Shown here one piece after another: positions 24,939-33,850 of a stretch of 64,000 nucleotides of DNA (positions are counted from its first letter, which is position 1; every line of letters begins with the position of its first letter). A model generated the notes under the pieces. It saw only the letters and a program-made list of their open reading frames with translations, was not told the DNA's origin and did no database searches. The position numbers were made by a program, and so were the translations under genes. Source of the stretch: Desulfobacterales bacterium (GTDB lineage: Bacteria; Desulfobacterota; Desulfobacteria; Desulfobacterales; JAFDDL01); the NCBI GenBank assembly GCA_034003325.1, contig JAVEYW010000005.1:86689-150688 (forward strand), in the 5' to 3' direction.

Positions 24939-26861
24939 TTAAAAGCCCGGCAATCCGCTGAAGCCTCTGAACTGCCAGTAAAATGCGGCCAGCGCCAGCA
25001 GGACGATCTGCGCCAGTATCCACAGGGGAACGCCTATGCGCAAAAAGTCCTTTCCCGTCACATACCCGCTGGAGTAAATGATGGCGTTCGGCGGCGTGCC
25101 GATGATCATGCAATAAGCGAACGAAGAGGCGGCGGCCGTGGACATGGCGATAAAGGGCAAAAAGGTGGAACCCGGATGCGCGAGGGCGGCGATATTCAAT
25201 GCAACGGGGCCGACTGCCGCGGCGGCGGGGCCGTCCGCCATCAGGTTTGTCATGACTGCGGTGATACCGTTACTGACCGCCATCAGCGGCAGCCCGGAGT
25301 TAATTCCCAGGGGCGCCAGCGCATCGGTGACGGACCTCGCGAGCCAGTAAGCGGCGCCGGTGCTGTCCAGGACGCGGCCGAAAATGATGGCGCCCGCATA
25401 CAGCCAGACAACGCCCCAGTCGACTCGCTGTTGATAATCTCTCCAGTTGACGACACCTGCCAGCAGGTAGGCCACGGCGCCGCCGACCGCCACGACACCG
25501 ACGCCCAGGCGAAAGGGGAGAATACCGGCTTCGTATATGGTTTTTTCCGTGAACCAGAGGGACATCATGACGACGAAGATGACGAGCGCCATGATCTGTT
25601 TGCCGTTCCATCCGCCCATTTTGGCGATTTCATCTCTTAATTGATTCATGGCAGGCGCCAGGGAATGAATGCGGGGTTTAAACAGCCAGTTGACCAGCAG
25701 CCAGGTCAGAGGTACCATGACGATGAGAAAGGGAAAGCAGTAGGTGACCCACTGAAAAAACCCGATATCATAGCCGAACATATCCTGAAGATAGCCCATC
25801 ATGATGACGTTTCTGGCGCCGCCGGACGGGGCGCCCGGCCCGCCGATGTTGCAGGCCATGACGATGGCCATCATGAGCAGTTTGGCGAGCTGCGGATCTT
25901 CGGGTATTTCCTTGCTCAGGCTGTTTTGATAGAGCAGCATGCCGATGGGAAGAAACATGGCGGCCAGCGCGTGATCCGAAACAAAGGCGGCCATCGGCGA
26001 AATCACGAGAAAAAATCCGAGCGTGATCCAGCGGACGTTCGGTGCTGCGAGCTTATTGAATATCATGAGGCAAACTCGCTTATCGACGCCCGTTTTTACG
26101 AAAGCTGCCGCGAACATGAGACTTCCCATGATGAACCAGACGGAATCACTCCAATACTGGCTCGGCGCCTCATTATAGGGGACTACTCCCGTAAATATAA
26201 GAATCAGGCCGATACAGAAGGCCACCCCCGGAAGCGGAATGCATTCGGTTAGAAAACAGACGACGACGAATACGGCCATGGCGATGGCCACCTGAATGTG
26301 CCAGGCCCCCTTGTCCGCCGCCTTTTTGTCCTTTTCAGCGAGGGTATTGTAGTCGAGCACCTTTGTGCGCAGATTGAATACCTCCTTCATGAGCGTCAGG
26401 TATGCCTCGTCCGTGATGTTTTCCGCTATATAGGTCGTTGCCCGTTGAAGGTTGGTTTCATCCACCGCGATCTTGTATTTGCCGCACCATTTGGCATCGC
26501 GTTTTAAAAATCGGGCTTTATTAAAAGCACCCATGCGCATGTTCTGTTCCATGATATTCGCGGTCAGCAATTGCCACTGGTCCGCATCCGATAGCGCAAC
26601 ATTGAAAAATGTTTTGATAATATGCGATTTGACAGCGTTGGGGCCTATCTGATACTCGGTTCCGACATCCTTCATGGCATTGGGGGTCGGCATGAATAAG
26701 AGGCCGAAAAAGAGAATCACCGGAATGATGAAAATTTTCCAGTCGATGTACTTGTCGTATCCGGTTGCGGGTTTCTTTTTTTCCTGAAGGGCCTGTTCCT
26801 TTTCAGGGGGCATTTTGACCCCGATCTTCCCCGAAATGGGTTTAGAAGTATGCTCTGTCAT
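24939..26861 (-). CDS. SLC13/DASS-family anion:Na+ symporter with an extra N-terminal TM plus loop domain
   Basis: 640 aa. The ArsB/NhaD-superfamily permease core has duplicated hairpin regions (…NIGGPGAPSGGARN… / …SSFAYCMIIGTPPN…). About 190 additional aa at the N-terminus. Confidence 0.8.
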   Translation of the reverse strand: MTEHTSKPISGKIGVKMPPEKEQALQEKKKPATGYDKYIDWKIFIIPVILFFGLLFMPTPNAMKDVGTEYQIGPNAVKSHIIKTFFNVALSDADQWQLLTANIMEQNMRMGAFNKARFLKRDAKWCGKYKIAVDETNLQRATTYIAENITDEAYLTLMKEVFNLRTKVLDYNTLAEKDKKAADKGAWHIQVAIAMAVFVVVCFLTECIPLPGVAFCIGLILIFTGVVPYNEAPSQYWSDSVWFIMGSLMFAAAFVKTGVDKRVCLMIFNKLAAPNVRWITLGFFLVISPMAAFVSDHALAAMFLPIGMLLYQNSLSKEIPEDPQLAKLLMMAIVMACNIGGPGAPSGGARNVIMMGYLQDMFGYDIGFFQWVTYCFPFLIVMVPLTWLLVNWLFKPRIHSLAPAMNQLRDEIAKMGGWNGKQIMALVIFVVMMSLWFTEKTIYEAGILPFRLGVGVVAVGGAVAYLLAGVVNWRDYQQRVDWGVVWLYAGAIIFGRVLDSTGAAYWLARSVTDALAPLGINSGLPLMAVSNGITAVMTNLMADGPAAAAVGPVALNIAALAHPGSTFLPFIAMSTAAASSFAYCMIIGTPPNAIIYSSGYVTGKDFLRIGVPLWILAQIVLLALAAFYWQFRGFSGLPGF

Positions 26862-27091
26862 AAGTTAAATCCTTTATCCGTCAAAGGGTTAGAGACTCGT
26901 CCATAGCGCCATGCCGGCCTTGATTACATCGTTTCGACCAATTTCCCATGGCAGGGAGGCCGCGCCAGGGTGTTTTTGGAAGAGCGGCAGGCTGTTTGAG
27001 CGATAGCGAGTTTCTGCCGGTCTGGAAAAAATACCCTGGCGTGGCCGAAACCATGATCATGGCCGCCATGCCGCGGGACATGACACGATAG

Positions 27092-27544
27092 TTATCCACC
27101 TGAATCCTGAATGATGTTATTTTCGGGAGGGACTGATTTTTTCGCTTTCGCGATTCGTATCTTTTCATCCATGTGCTTTCTTTTCAAAAACGCCGATAGC
27201 GCCTTTTCAATCAGAATTTCCGGATCCACCGGTTTCATCAAATAATCCGTGGCGCCTGATTGCAGCCCTTCAATCGCGGAGTCCACCGTGGCATGACCGG
27301 TCAGCATGATAACCTCCACCAAAGGGAATCGGCGTTTGATTTCTTTTAGTGTGGCGATGCCGTCCATGCCGGGCATTTTGACGTCCAACACCACCACATG
27401 AATTGCGTGGTGCGCCAACAACGCCAAGGCCTCGGTGCCGCTGGACGCGATTCGAATATCATACCCGATTCTGGTCAGTAACTTTTGTGTGGTCTTAAGG
27501 AATCGGTCTTCATCGTCCACTAAAAGCAGTTTAAGATCATGCAT
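27092..27544 (-). CDS. stand-alone response-regulator receiver protein
   Basis: MHDLKLLLVDDED…VVLDVKMPGMDG…MLTGHA…KPV. The ORF extends to a GTG at 27556, but the ATG at 27544 has GGGAGG 9 nt upstream. Confidence 0.85.
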   Translation of the reverse strand: MHDLKLLLVDDEDRFLKTTQKLLTRIGYDIRIASSGTEALALLAHHAIHVVVLDVKMPGMDGIATLKEIKRRFPLVEVIMLTGHATVDSAIEGLQSGATDYLMKPVDPEILIEKALSAFLKRKHMDEKIRIAKAKKSVPPENNIIQDSGG

Positions 27545-27619
27545 GGTTGTTTTCACCTCCCTCTGCGACGCCTGCTCGCTGATTCAATTAACTTGTAATG
27601 GTTGTATATGTATGCCGCA

Positions 27620-29356
27620 TTACACCATGGTTGCACCTGCAGTGGCCCGGGGGGTGGGCAGGTTCAGGAAAAAAGCAGTTCCCTTGCCGGTTTCACTCCA
27701 GAAATCCATGGTGCCACCCATGCTTTCAATAATGCCGTAGCACACGGAAAGCCCTAGTCCCGTGCCTTTCCCGACGGGTTTGGTGGTAAAAAAAGGAGAA
27801 AAAACCCGCTTTTTATTCTCTTCTCCGATGCCGCAGCCGTTGTCCCGAATGGTCAGGCGGACCAGGCCGTTTTCCGCGGGCTGCGCCTCGATTCGAATCT
27901 GACCGCCATCGGCTTCGTGGGCCTCACGAATCGCGTGCATGGCATTGTTTAAAAGGTTTAAAAGCACTTGTTGCAGTTGACCGGGGTCACCGAAAATTTC
28001 GGGAGCTGCCTCGTCTATGATGTGAGAAATCTGAATATTGTTGACCATTGCCTGTTTGTTGACCATGCCGATGATCTCCGGAATGAATTCATTTAGGTGG
28101 ATGGGCTGCGGCGTTGGTTCGGATTGGCGGCCGAACTTTAAAATTCCTTGCGTGATCTGACCGCAGCGGTTGATCTGAAGCTGTATCTGGTCCAGGCAAT
28201 CGGCGAGCTGGGCCGTATTTTCATCGCCCGGAAGCGCGTGTTCCAGAGTTATATCGCGCCACACCATCTGAATGAGGGCTATCTCGGACTTCATGATTTG
28301 CAGCGGATTGTTGATTTCATGCGCAAAGCCGGCCGACATCTCCCCCAGTTCCGCCAGTCTGCTGGCTCGGACCAGTTGCTGCCCCAATGCGCCTTTTTCC
28401 CGATCGATTTTCTCCATTTTTCGAACCAAATAGGAGGAGAGGCTAAAGGCGATGAGGATGATGAAAACGCCGCCGATGGCTGCTATAATAAGGATTTGTT
28501 TGGTTGCGGAGAAAAGGGCATGAAAGGCGTCCTCTTTTTCCTGGCGGACTACCAGCAGCCAGTTCTTTTCCTTCAATGTCATGGTGGCGTAAAGAAAGTT
28601 TTTTTGTGCCGGATCTTGCAGGATAAAGGTCCGTGCGGCTTGGGAGGGCGCTGGGTATTGGGAATAATTGACATCCTTCTCCATCAGCTGCCCCCCTGTT
28701 TGACCTTCCGTCTGATATAATCCGAAGGTGTTGACAATATAGGCTTCGCCGGTTTTTCCGATTCGGACCGCTTCCACCATGTCGTTAAAGGTTTTTGTGT
28801 CGATCGTGGCCCTGAGTATCCATTTCTTCCCGCCGCTCTCCCGCAGCAACGCCATGACAAAATGGGGAACTTGTCGGTATCCCAGGAATACATCGCTGAT
28901 ATACACGCCCTTTTCCATGACACGACGGAACCAGTCGGTTTGTTTGTAATTTTTTTTCTCCAGCGCGAAGGGACCCCGGTATGCGACATGATCCCCCGCT
29001 TCATTGACCACGCCAAGGTCGATAAATGCCTTGGATTCTTGTCCCAATCGCTGAAAAATGTCCGCCAACACGCCCGGACGGCAAAGATCTTCATAATGAT
29101 AGGTTTGAAGAATAAAGAGCAGATCGCTTCTTCTTTCCCGAAGAAAGGTATCAATCATTCGGCCGTGATCCGATACAATGCGGCGCATACTTTGTTTGGT
29201 GTTGCTTTCCAGGGAGGCGTTAAAATAAAAGTAGCCGATGACCAGCGTGAGCGCGAAAGGGATCGCCGGACACACGATCATGCATGCGAGGATGAGCCGC
29301 TTCATGGCGGCGTAAGGATTTTGCATCGTGGCGGTTTTCAATGGTTTTGACTCCAA
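27620..29356 (-). CDS. sensor histidine kinase with a periplasmic Cache-type domain
   Basis: TM, about 260-aa extracytoplasmic segment, TM. H-box FAHEINNPL, N-box LLNLLNNAMHA, G-boxes DNGCGI / GTGLGLSV. The start is uncertain (TTG at 29356; ATGs at 29326 and 29305). Confidence 0.85.
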   Translation of the reverse strand: MESKPLKTATMQNPYAAMKRLILACMIVCPAIPFALTLVIGYFYFNASLESNTKQSMRRIVSDHGRMIDTFLRERRSDLLFILQTYHYEDLCRPGVLADIFQRLGQESKAFIDLGVVNEAGDHVAYRGPFALEKKNYKQTDWFRRVMEKGVYISDVFLGYRQVPHFVMALLRESGGKKWILRATIDTKTFNDMVEAVRIGKTGEAYIVNTFGLYQTEGQTGGQLMEKDVNYSQYPAPSQAARTFILQDPAQKNFLYATMTLKEKNWLLVVRQEKEDAFHALFSATKQILIIAAIGGVFIILIAFSLSSYLVRKMEKIDREKGALGQQLVRASRLAELGEMSAGFAHEINNPLQIMKSEIALIQMVWRDITLEHALPGDENTAQLADCLDQIQLQINRCGQITQGILKFGRQSEPTPQPIHLNEFIPEIIGMVNKQAMVNNIQISHIIDEAAPEIFGDPGQLQQVLLNLLNNAMHAIREAHEADGGQIRIEAQPAENGLVRLTIRDNGCGIGEENKKRVFSPFFTTKPVGKGTGLGLSVCYGIIESMGGTMDFWSETGKGTAFFLNLPTPRATAGATMV

Positions 29357-29399
29357 ATGATTTGGTTATCCGCAATGTTACGATCGCAACCCGGCGGTA

Positions 29400-29795
29400 T
29401 CATTGCTCAGACAGGGCTTGCGTCGGTTTACCGGATCGAACCCGGTGAATGACCTCTTTAAGTTGTTCGATGCTATGGCCGCCTTTTTCGACATAGACCA
29501 CGATATCTTGATGCAGGTTCACCTTTTTCCGCTCTTCGGGAAGGGTATGAATGACAACCGGAATCGGCGGAATGCGGCTGTTGAGCCTCTCCATCAGTGC
29601 TTCCGACTCCATGTCCGGCAAATCCGGATCGATCAGCAACAGATCCACCGGGGTCTGCCCGAATGTCCAGCGCAGAAGATCCTGAGCGCTGTCCGCCATG
29701 ATGACGATGAAGCCTTCCGCGGCCAATTCGCGTTTCAAAAACCCCCGGACATGGGGGTTTCGATCCGCAATCAAAATCGTAAATTCCTTTTTCAC
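29400..29795 (-). CDS. stand-alone response-regulator receiver protein
   Basis: ILIADRN…LLLIDPDLPD…HT… receiver pattern. GTG start, 131 aa. Confidence 0.75.
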   Translation of the reverse strand: MKKEFTILIADRNPHVRGFLKRELAAEGFIVIMADSAQDLLRWTFGQTPVDLLLIDPDLPDMESEALMERLNSRIPPIPVVIHTLPEERKKVNLHQDIVVYVEKGGHSIEQLKEVIHRVRSGKPTQALSEQ

Positions 29796-29887
29796 TGGTG
29801 GTTTAACTTTCCAATGGTAACGGTCTGTAAATCGATGCTTAATAGATATTCGCCGCTGTCGTCCTGTTGTCGTTGCCTTTAGTCATT

Positions 29888-29903
29888 GGCAAGGAACATG
29901 CCA
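29888..29903 (-). promoter_or_regulatory. sigma-54 (-24/-12) promoter candidate for the 29795-to-23267 gene string
   Basis: The reverse complement reads TGGCATGTTCCTTGCC, which matches TGGCAY-N5-TTGC. It lies about 95 nt upstream of the start at 29795. Confidence 0.6.
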
Positions 29904-30070
29904 GAAGAATGAGCTTTTCTGGTGTGTTCAAACTAATTGAAAAAACACAAAGTAACGCATACTAAGGTGCCTGATGCGCGCATCGGAAAAGGGCATCGGT
30001 GTCGGGTTGTTTTACAGAATGGCAAAATAAAGCGATGATAGGCCTGAAAAAATCAAGCCAAATTGCGATA

Positions 30071-30090
30071 GGGCACGGCGCGCCGTGCCC
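30071..30090. repeat. perfect 20-bp GC-rich palindrome followed by CCTAC
   Basis: GGGCACGGCGCGCCGTGCCC is self-complementary. Its …GCCCCTAC end is shared with the hairpin at 62573-62634. Confidence 0.7.
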
Positions 30091-30289
30091 CTACAGGGAT
30101 TCGGCTTTTCCGGAAGTCCTCAAAAATTAAGGTTGACATAAAGCCGCTCTTTGCAATAGGTTGCCTGGGATTATCTTATAAAATAAGGATAATATGAGGT
30201 AGGTTGCCCGGTGCTGCGCCCGGAAGGTCGCTTCCGATCATGACACAATGACCGGAGAGCACGCTTGATAAATGGTAAAAGGGGAGGTT

Positions 30290-32248
30290 ATGGATCTTTT
30301 CTTTTCATCCGTCCTGCTGATTCTTGCCGGCGGCGTTTTTGCACTCTATTTTTGGCGGCAATTTCACTTGATGAAGACGGTTGGCGTGGCTGCCGTCAGC
30401 ATCGGATGTGCCCTTGGGGTGATGGATGCCGGCGCCAAACTGTTTGATCAGCAGACATCTTCAGCTTCATTTGTATACTTGCATTCGTTTTCACTTTCTT
30501 TTCAAATCGACAAATTGTCGGCCTTTTTTTTGGTCGCCATTTTCGGGGTATGCCTTCTGGCCACGATTTACAGCTTTCATTATCTGAATAATTCACAAAA
30601 AACGCTTCGAATCGCCGTCAATTATTTCTTTTTCAGTTTGCTGATCGCTTCGATGGCCCTGGTGGTCTGTGCCGCCAATCTGATCACGTTCATGCTCTCT
30701 TGGGAGATCATGTCCCTATCTTCCTATTTTCTGGTTATTTACGATCATCATGCAAGTGAAAACCGGAAGGCGGGCCTTCTCTATTTTGTGTTCTCCCAAG
30801 TGGGCGCCATGTTTATTCTTGCGGCTTTCGGCATCATGTACGGCTATAGCGGCGGGTTCGGATTTGATGTGGGCGCCGCCCTGCCGGACACGGTCAAATT
30901 GGTAGTGCTCATTCTTGCCTTTATCGGGTTCGGGTCCAAAGCGGGCGTTTTTCCCTTTCATGTCTGGCTGCCCCATGCGCATCCCGCTGCCCCGAGCCAT
31001 ATTTCTGCCGTCATGTCCGGCGTGATGATCAAAACCGGTATTTACGGCATATTGCGGTTGTATGTGTCGATGAATCTGCATACACCGCTTTTCGGCGAAA
31101 TCGTATTGGTGGCCGGAATGGTGTCCGGCATTCTCGGGGTGGTGTATGCCCTGGGCCAGCACGACATCAAGCGGCTACTGGCGTATCACAGTGTTGAAAA
31201 CATCGGCATTATTCTGATCGGCATCGGCATTGGCATGATCGGGGTGTCCTTTAACCAACCGTTTATGGCTGTACTGGGATTTTCCGGCGGACTGCTGCAT
31301 GTCCTGAATCATTCCATTTTTAAATCGCTGTTGTTCATGGGCGCAGGCGTTGTGCTTCAGAAAACCGGCACGCGATCCATTGACGCGCTGGGCGGACTCT
31401 TGAAAAAAATGAAAATTACCGGGGCGACCTTTCTGGTCGGTTCCCTCGCGATTTCCGGTTTGCCGCCGTTTAACGGGTTTGTCAGTGAATTTTTAATTTA
31501 TATCGGGGGGTTCAGAGGGATTGCGCTGAGCAGTACCGCTTTTGTGCTGAGCCTGATGGCCATTATCAGCCTGGCGGTTATCGGCGGGCTTGCGCTGGCC
31601 TGTTTTTCAAAGGTGGTGGGCGTTGTGTTTCAAGGTGAGCCGAGAACCGCGGCAGCACAAGACGTGAATGAAAAAGGGCCTGCGATGTTGGGTGCCATGA
31701 TTGTGCTGGCCGTTGCCTGTGTTGTAATCGGTGTGTTGCCCCGGGGATTTATTCAAATGGCCACACAGGGCGTTTCCGCCCTGAATCTGGGCTATGGTCC
31801 CATACCGATTGAACCCTTCTCGCTGATGGCCGGGAATATCACGCTGGGAGCCAGTGTGTTTTTGGCGCTCCTGGTGCTGGTGATGTTTCTGCGACGCCTT
31901 CTCTATAACGGAAAGACCATCGGCAGTGCCGGTACCTGGGGGTGCGGGTTTACCCAGCCCACGCCCAGAATGCAGTACACCGGAAGTTCTTATGCCGCCT
32001 CTATTCTCGAATTTTTTAAACCCGTGGCACCGTTGCACGAGCATCATTCAGCGATTTCAGGGCTGTTTCCGAAGAAAACGCATTATCACGGCCAAATCGG
32101 GGATATCGCCGAGTTGCACATGGACACGCTGGTGGTTCGCCCGGTTCGGTCATTATTTGATAAGCTCAGGTGGATTCAGCATGGGGATATTCACCTGTAT
32201 ATAGGCTACATATTGCTGGCCATGGTGGTGTTGTTGTTTTTTGTATAG
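30290..32248 (+). CDS. HyfB/NuoL-like antiporter-type membrane subunit (Ehr-type complex)
   Basis: 652 aa and polytopic. Mrp/NuoL family blocks (…WLPHAHPAAPSHISAVMSGVMIKTGIYG…). GGGGAGG RBS. Confidence 0.85.
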   Translation: MDLFFSSVLLILAGGVFALYFWRQFHLMKTVGVAAVSIGCALGVMDAGAKLFDQQTSSASFVYLHSFSLSFQIDKLSAFFLVAIFGVCLLATIYSFHYLNNSQKTLRIAVNYFFFSLLIASMALVVCAANLITFMLSWEIMSLSSYFLVIYDHHASENRKAGLLYFVFSQVGAMFILAAFGIMYGYSGGFGFDVGAALPDTVKLVVLILAFIGFGSKAGVFPFHVWLPHAHPAAPSHISAVMSGVMIKTGIYGILRLYVSMNLHTPLFGEIVLVAGMVSGILGVVYALGQHDIKRLLAYHSVENIGIILIGIGIGMIGVSFNQPFMAVLGFSGGLLHVLNHSIFKSLLFMGAGVVLQKTGTRSIDALGGLLKKMKITGATFLVGSLAISGLPPFNGFVSEFLIYIGGFRGIALSSTAFVLSLMAIISLAVIGGLALACFSKVVGVVFQGEPRTAAAQDVNEKGPAMLGAMIVLAVACVVIGVLPRGFIQMATQGVSALNLGYGPIPIEPFSLMAGNITLGASVFLALLVLVMFLRRLLYNGKTIGSAGTWGCGFTQPTPRMQYTGSSYAASILEFFKPVAPLHEHHSAISGLFPKKTHYHGQIGDIAELHMDTLVVRPVRSLFDKLRWIQHGDIHLYIGYILLAMVVLLFFV

Positions 32249-32280
32249 AGGGTAAGAAAATTTCAAAAATAGGATATATT

Positions 32281-33201
32281 ATGATCGAATCCATCCTTCT
32301 TTGGCTTTTCGCCATGCTGATTGCGCCGTTTTTTCACGCGGTCACTCTCAAGGTCAAGGCATTTTTCGGCGGAAAGAAGGGACCACCGTTGCTGATCAAT
32401 TATTATACGCTGATCAAGCTGTTCAAAAAGGGCTCGGTGTACAGTACCAGCACGAGCTATATCTTCAAGCTCGGCCCCATGGTGTCTCTTTGTACGGCGG
32501 CTGTGGTATTGATGTTTTTGCCCATTGCCGGGCGGCCGCCGATTTTTTCGTTTAACGGCGACATTATTTTCCTTTTATACCTGATGGGATTGGGCCGCTT
32601 TTTTACGATCGCAGCGGCCATGGACACCGCCTCACCCTTCGAGGGCATGGGCGCGGCCAGGGAAGCCTATTTTCCCATTATCTGCGAAGCCTCCCTTTTC
32701 ATGATGCTGATCCTGTTTTATCTGCTGACGGGCGAGTTGCAGTTGTCCGCCTATTTTTCCGGTACGCACCCCTTTGAACTGTGGCAGAAGGCGGGGTCTC
32801 CGCTGCTTTTTGTGGTGCCGTCCCTTTTCATTGTGCTGCTCACGGAAAACTCCCGCGTGCCGGTGGATGATCCGGCTACGCATCTGGAATTGACCATGAT
32901 TCACGAGGTTATGGTGCTGGATCACAGCGGGCCGGATTTTGCGTTTATCGAACTGGGGTCTTTTTTCAAGCTGTTTTTCTACGCATCCCTGGTCGGCCGG
33001 CTGGCCTTTCCGTTTGAGCTGGCGCATCCGGCACTGACCATCGTTTTTTTCATCATTGCGTTGTTACCCGTTTACATGGTGGTCGGCGTTACCGAATCGG
33101 TCATGGCCCGATACCGGATGGACAAGGTTCCCAGGTTTGTCCTGACCTCGTTTGCTCTGACTTTTTTTGCGACCGCTATTATCCTGGAGTTTATTCAATG
33201 A
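32281..33201 (+). CDS. HyfC/HycD/NuoH-like membrane subunit
   Basis: 306 aa. NuoH-type blocks (…ENSRVPVDDPATHLELTMIHEVMVLDHSG…). ATG at 32281. Confidence 0.8.
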   Translation: MIESILLWLFAMLIAPFFHAVTLKVKAFFGGKKGPPLLINYYTLIKLFKKGSVYSTSTSYIFKLGPMVSLCTAAVVLMFLPIAGRPPIFSFNGDIIFLLYLMGLGRFFTIAAAMDTASPFEGMGAAREAYFPIICEASLFMMLILFYLLTGELQLSAYFSGTHPFELWQKAGSPLLFVVPSLFIVLLTENSRVPVDDPATHLELTMIHEVMVLDHSGPDFAFIELGSFFKLFFYASLVGRLAFPFELAHPALTIVFFIIALLPVYMVVGVTESVMARYRMDKVPRFVLTSFALTFFATAIILEFIQ

Positions 33202-33839
33202 TCAATTTGGTGGATACGATTTTATCCCTGGTGCTGCTTTCGGTGCTTTTTTCTTTTGCCTCCAGCCGATTGCCCGTGCTGATCAGAGTCATTGCCTTTC
33301 AGGGGGTCGTTGTATCCCTGCTGCCGTTGGTGATGGGGCACGGCATGAGTGGCGGTGAGACGGTGTTTACAGTGTTTACCATGAGCATTCGGGGGATTAT
33401 CATTCCTCTGTGCATTTATATGGCGATTAAAAAAGTGGCCATTCAGCGGGAGGTCGATCCGGTGATCGGGTATCATGCCTCCATGATTGCGGGGCTTTTG
33501 CTGATTGTGTCCGCCACCGTTATCAGCAGGCGCTTTGATGTGCCGTATGCGCATAGCAGTGAATTGCTGTTGCCCACGGCCATTTGCCTTTTGGTGGCGG
33601 GAATGTTTCTGCTGATGGCCAGAAGAAACGCCATTGCCATGGTGCTCGGATACATCATGATGGAAAACGGAATTTACCTGGTGGGAACCATGTTTTCAAT
33701 GCGCACTCGCCATATTGTTGAATTCGGCATTCTTCTGGACGTGCTTGCCGGCGTCATGATCATGGCCGTTATTTTTCAGAATATCAAACAGACCTTTGAT
33801 GACGTGAATACCGCGTTGCTCAGAACATTAAAGGAATAG
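33198..33839 (+). CDS. HyfE/NuoK-like membrane subunit
   Basis: 213 aa and hydrophobic. The start overlaps the upstream stop (ATGA). Confidence 0.7.
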   Translation: MINLVDTILSLVLLSVLFSFASSRLPVLIRVIAFQGVVVSLLPLVMGHGMSGGETVFTVFTMSIRGIIIPLCIYMAIKKVAIQREVDPVIGYHASMIAGLLLIVSATVISRRFDVPYAHSSELLLPTAICLLVAGMFLLMARRNAIAMVLGYIMMENGIYLVGTMFSMRTRHIVEFGILLDVLAGVMIMAVIFQNIKQTFDDVNTALLRTLKE

Positions 33840-33850
33840 GTGATCGGGTC

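Noticed and set aside
29887-29901. A + strand reading of the same quasi-palindromic site (TGGCAAGGAACATGC) as a sigma-54 promoter for the Ehr-type operon.
   Set aside because: Its -12 element (ATGC) is poorer than the - strand reading (TTGC). It would also leave a ~390-nt leader. I kept only the - strand call. The Ehr-operon promoter remains unidentified; TTGACA at 30133-30138 has no convincing -10 partner.
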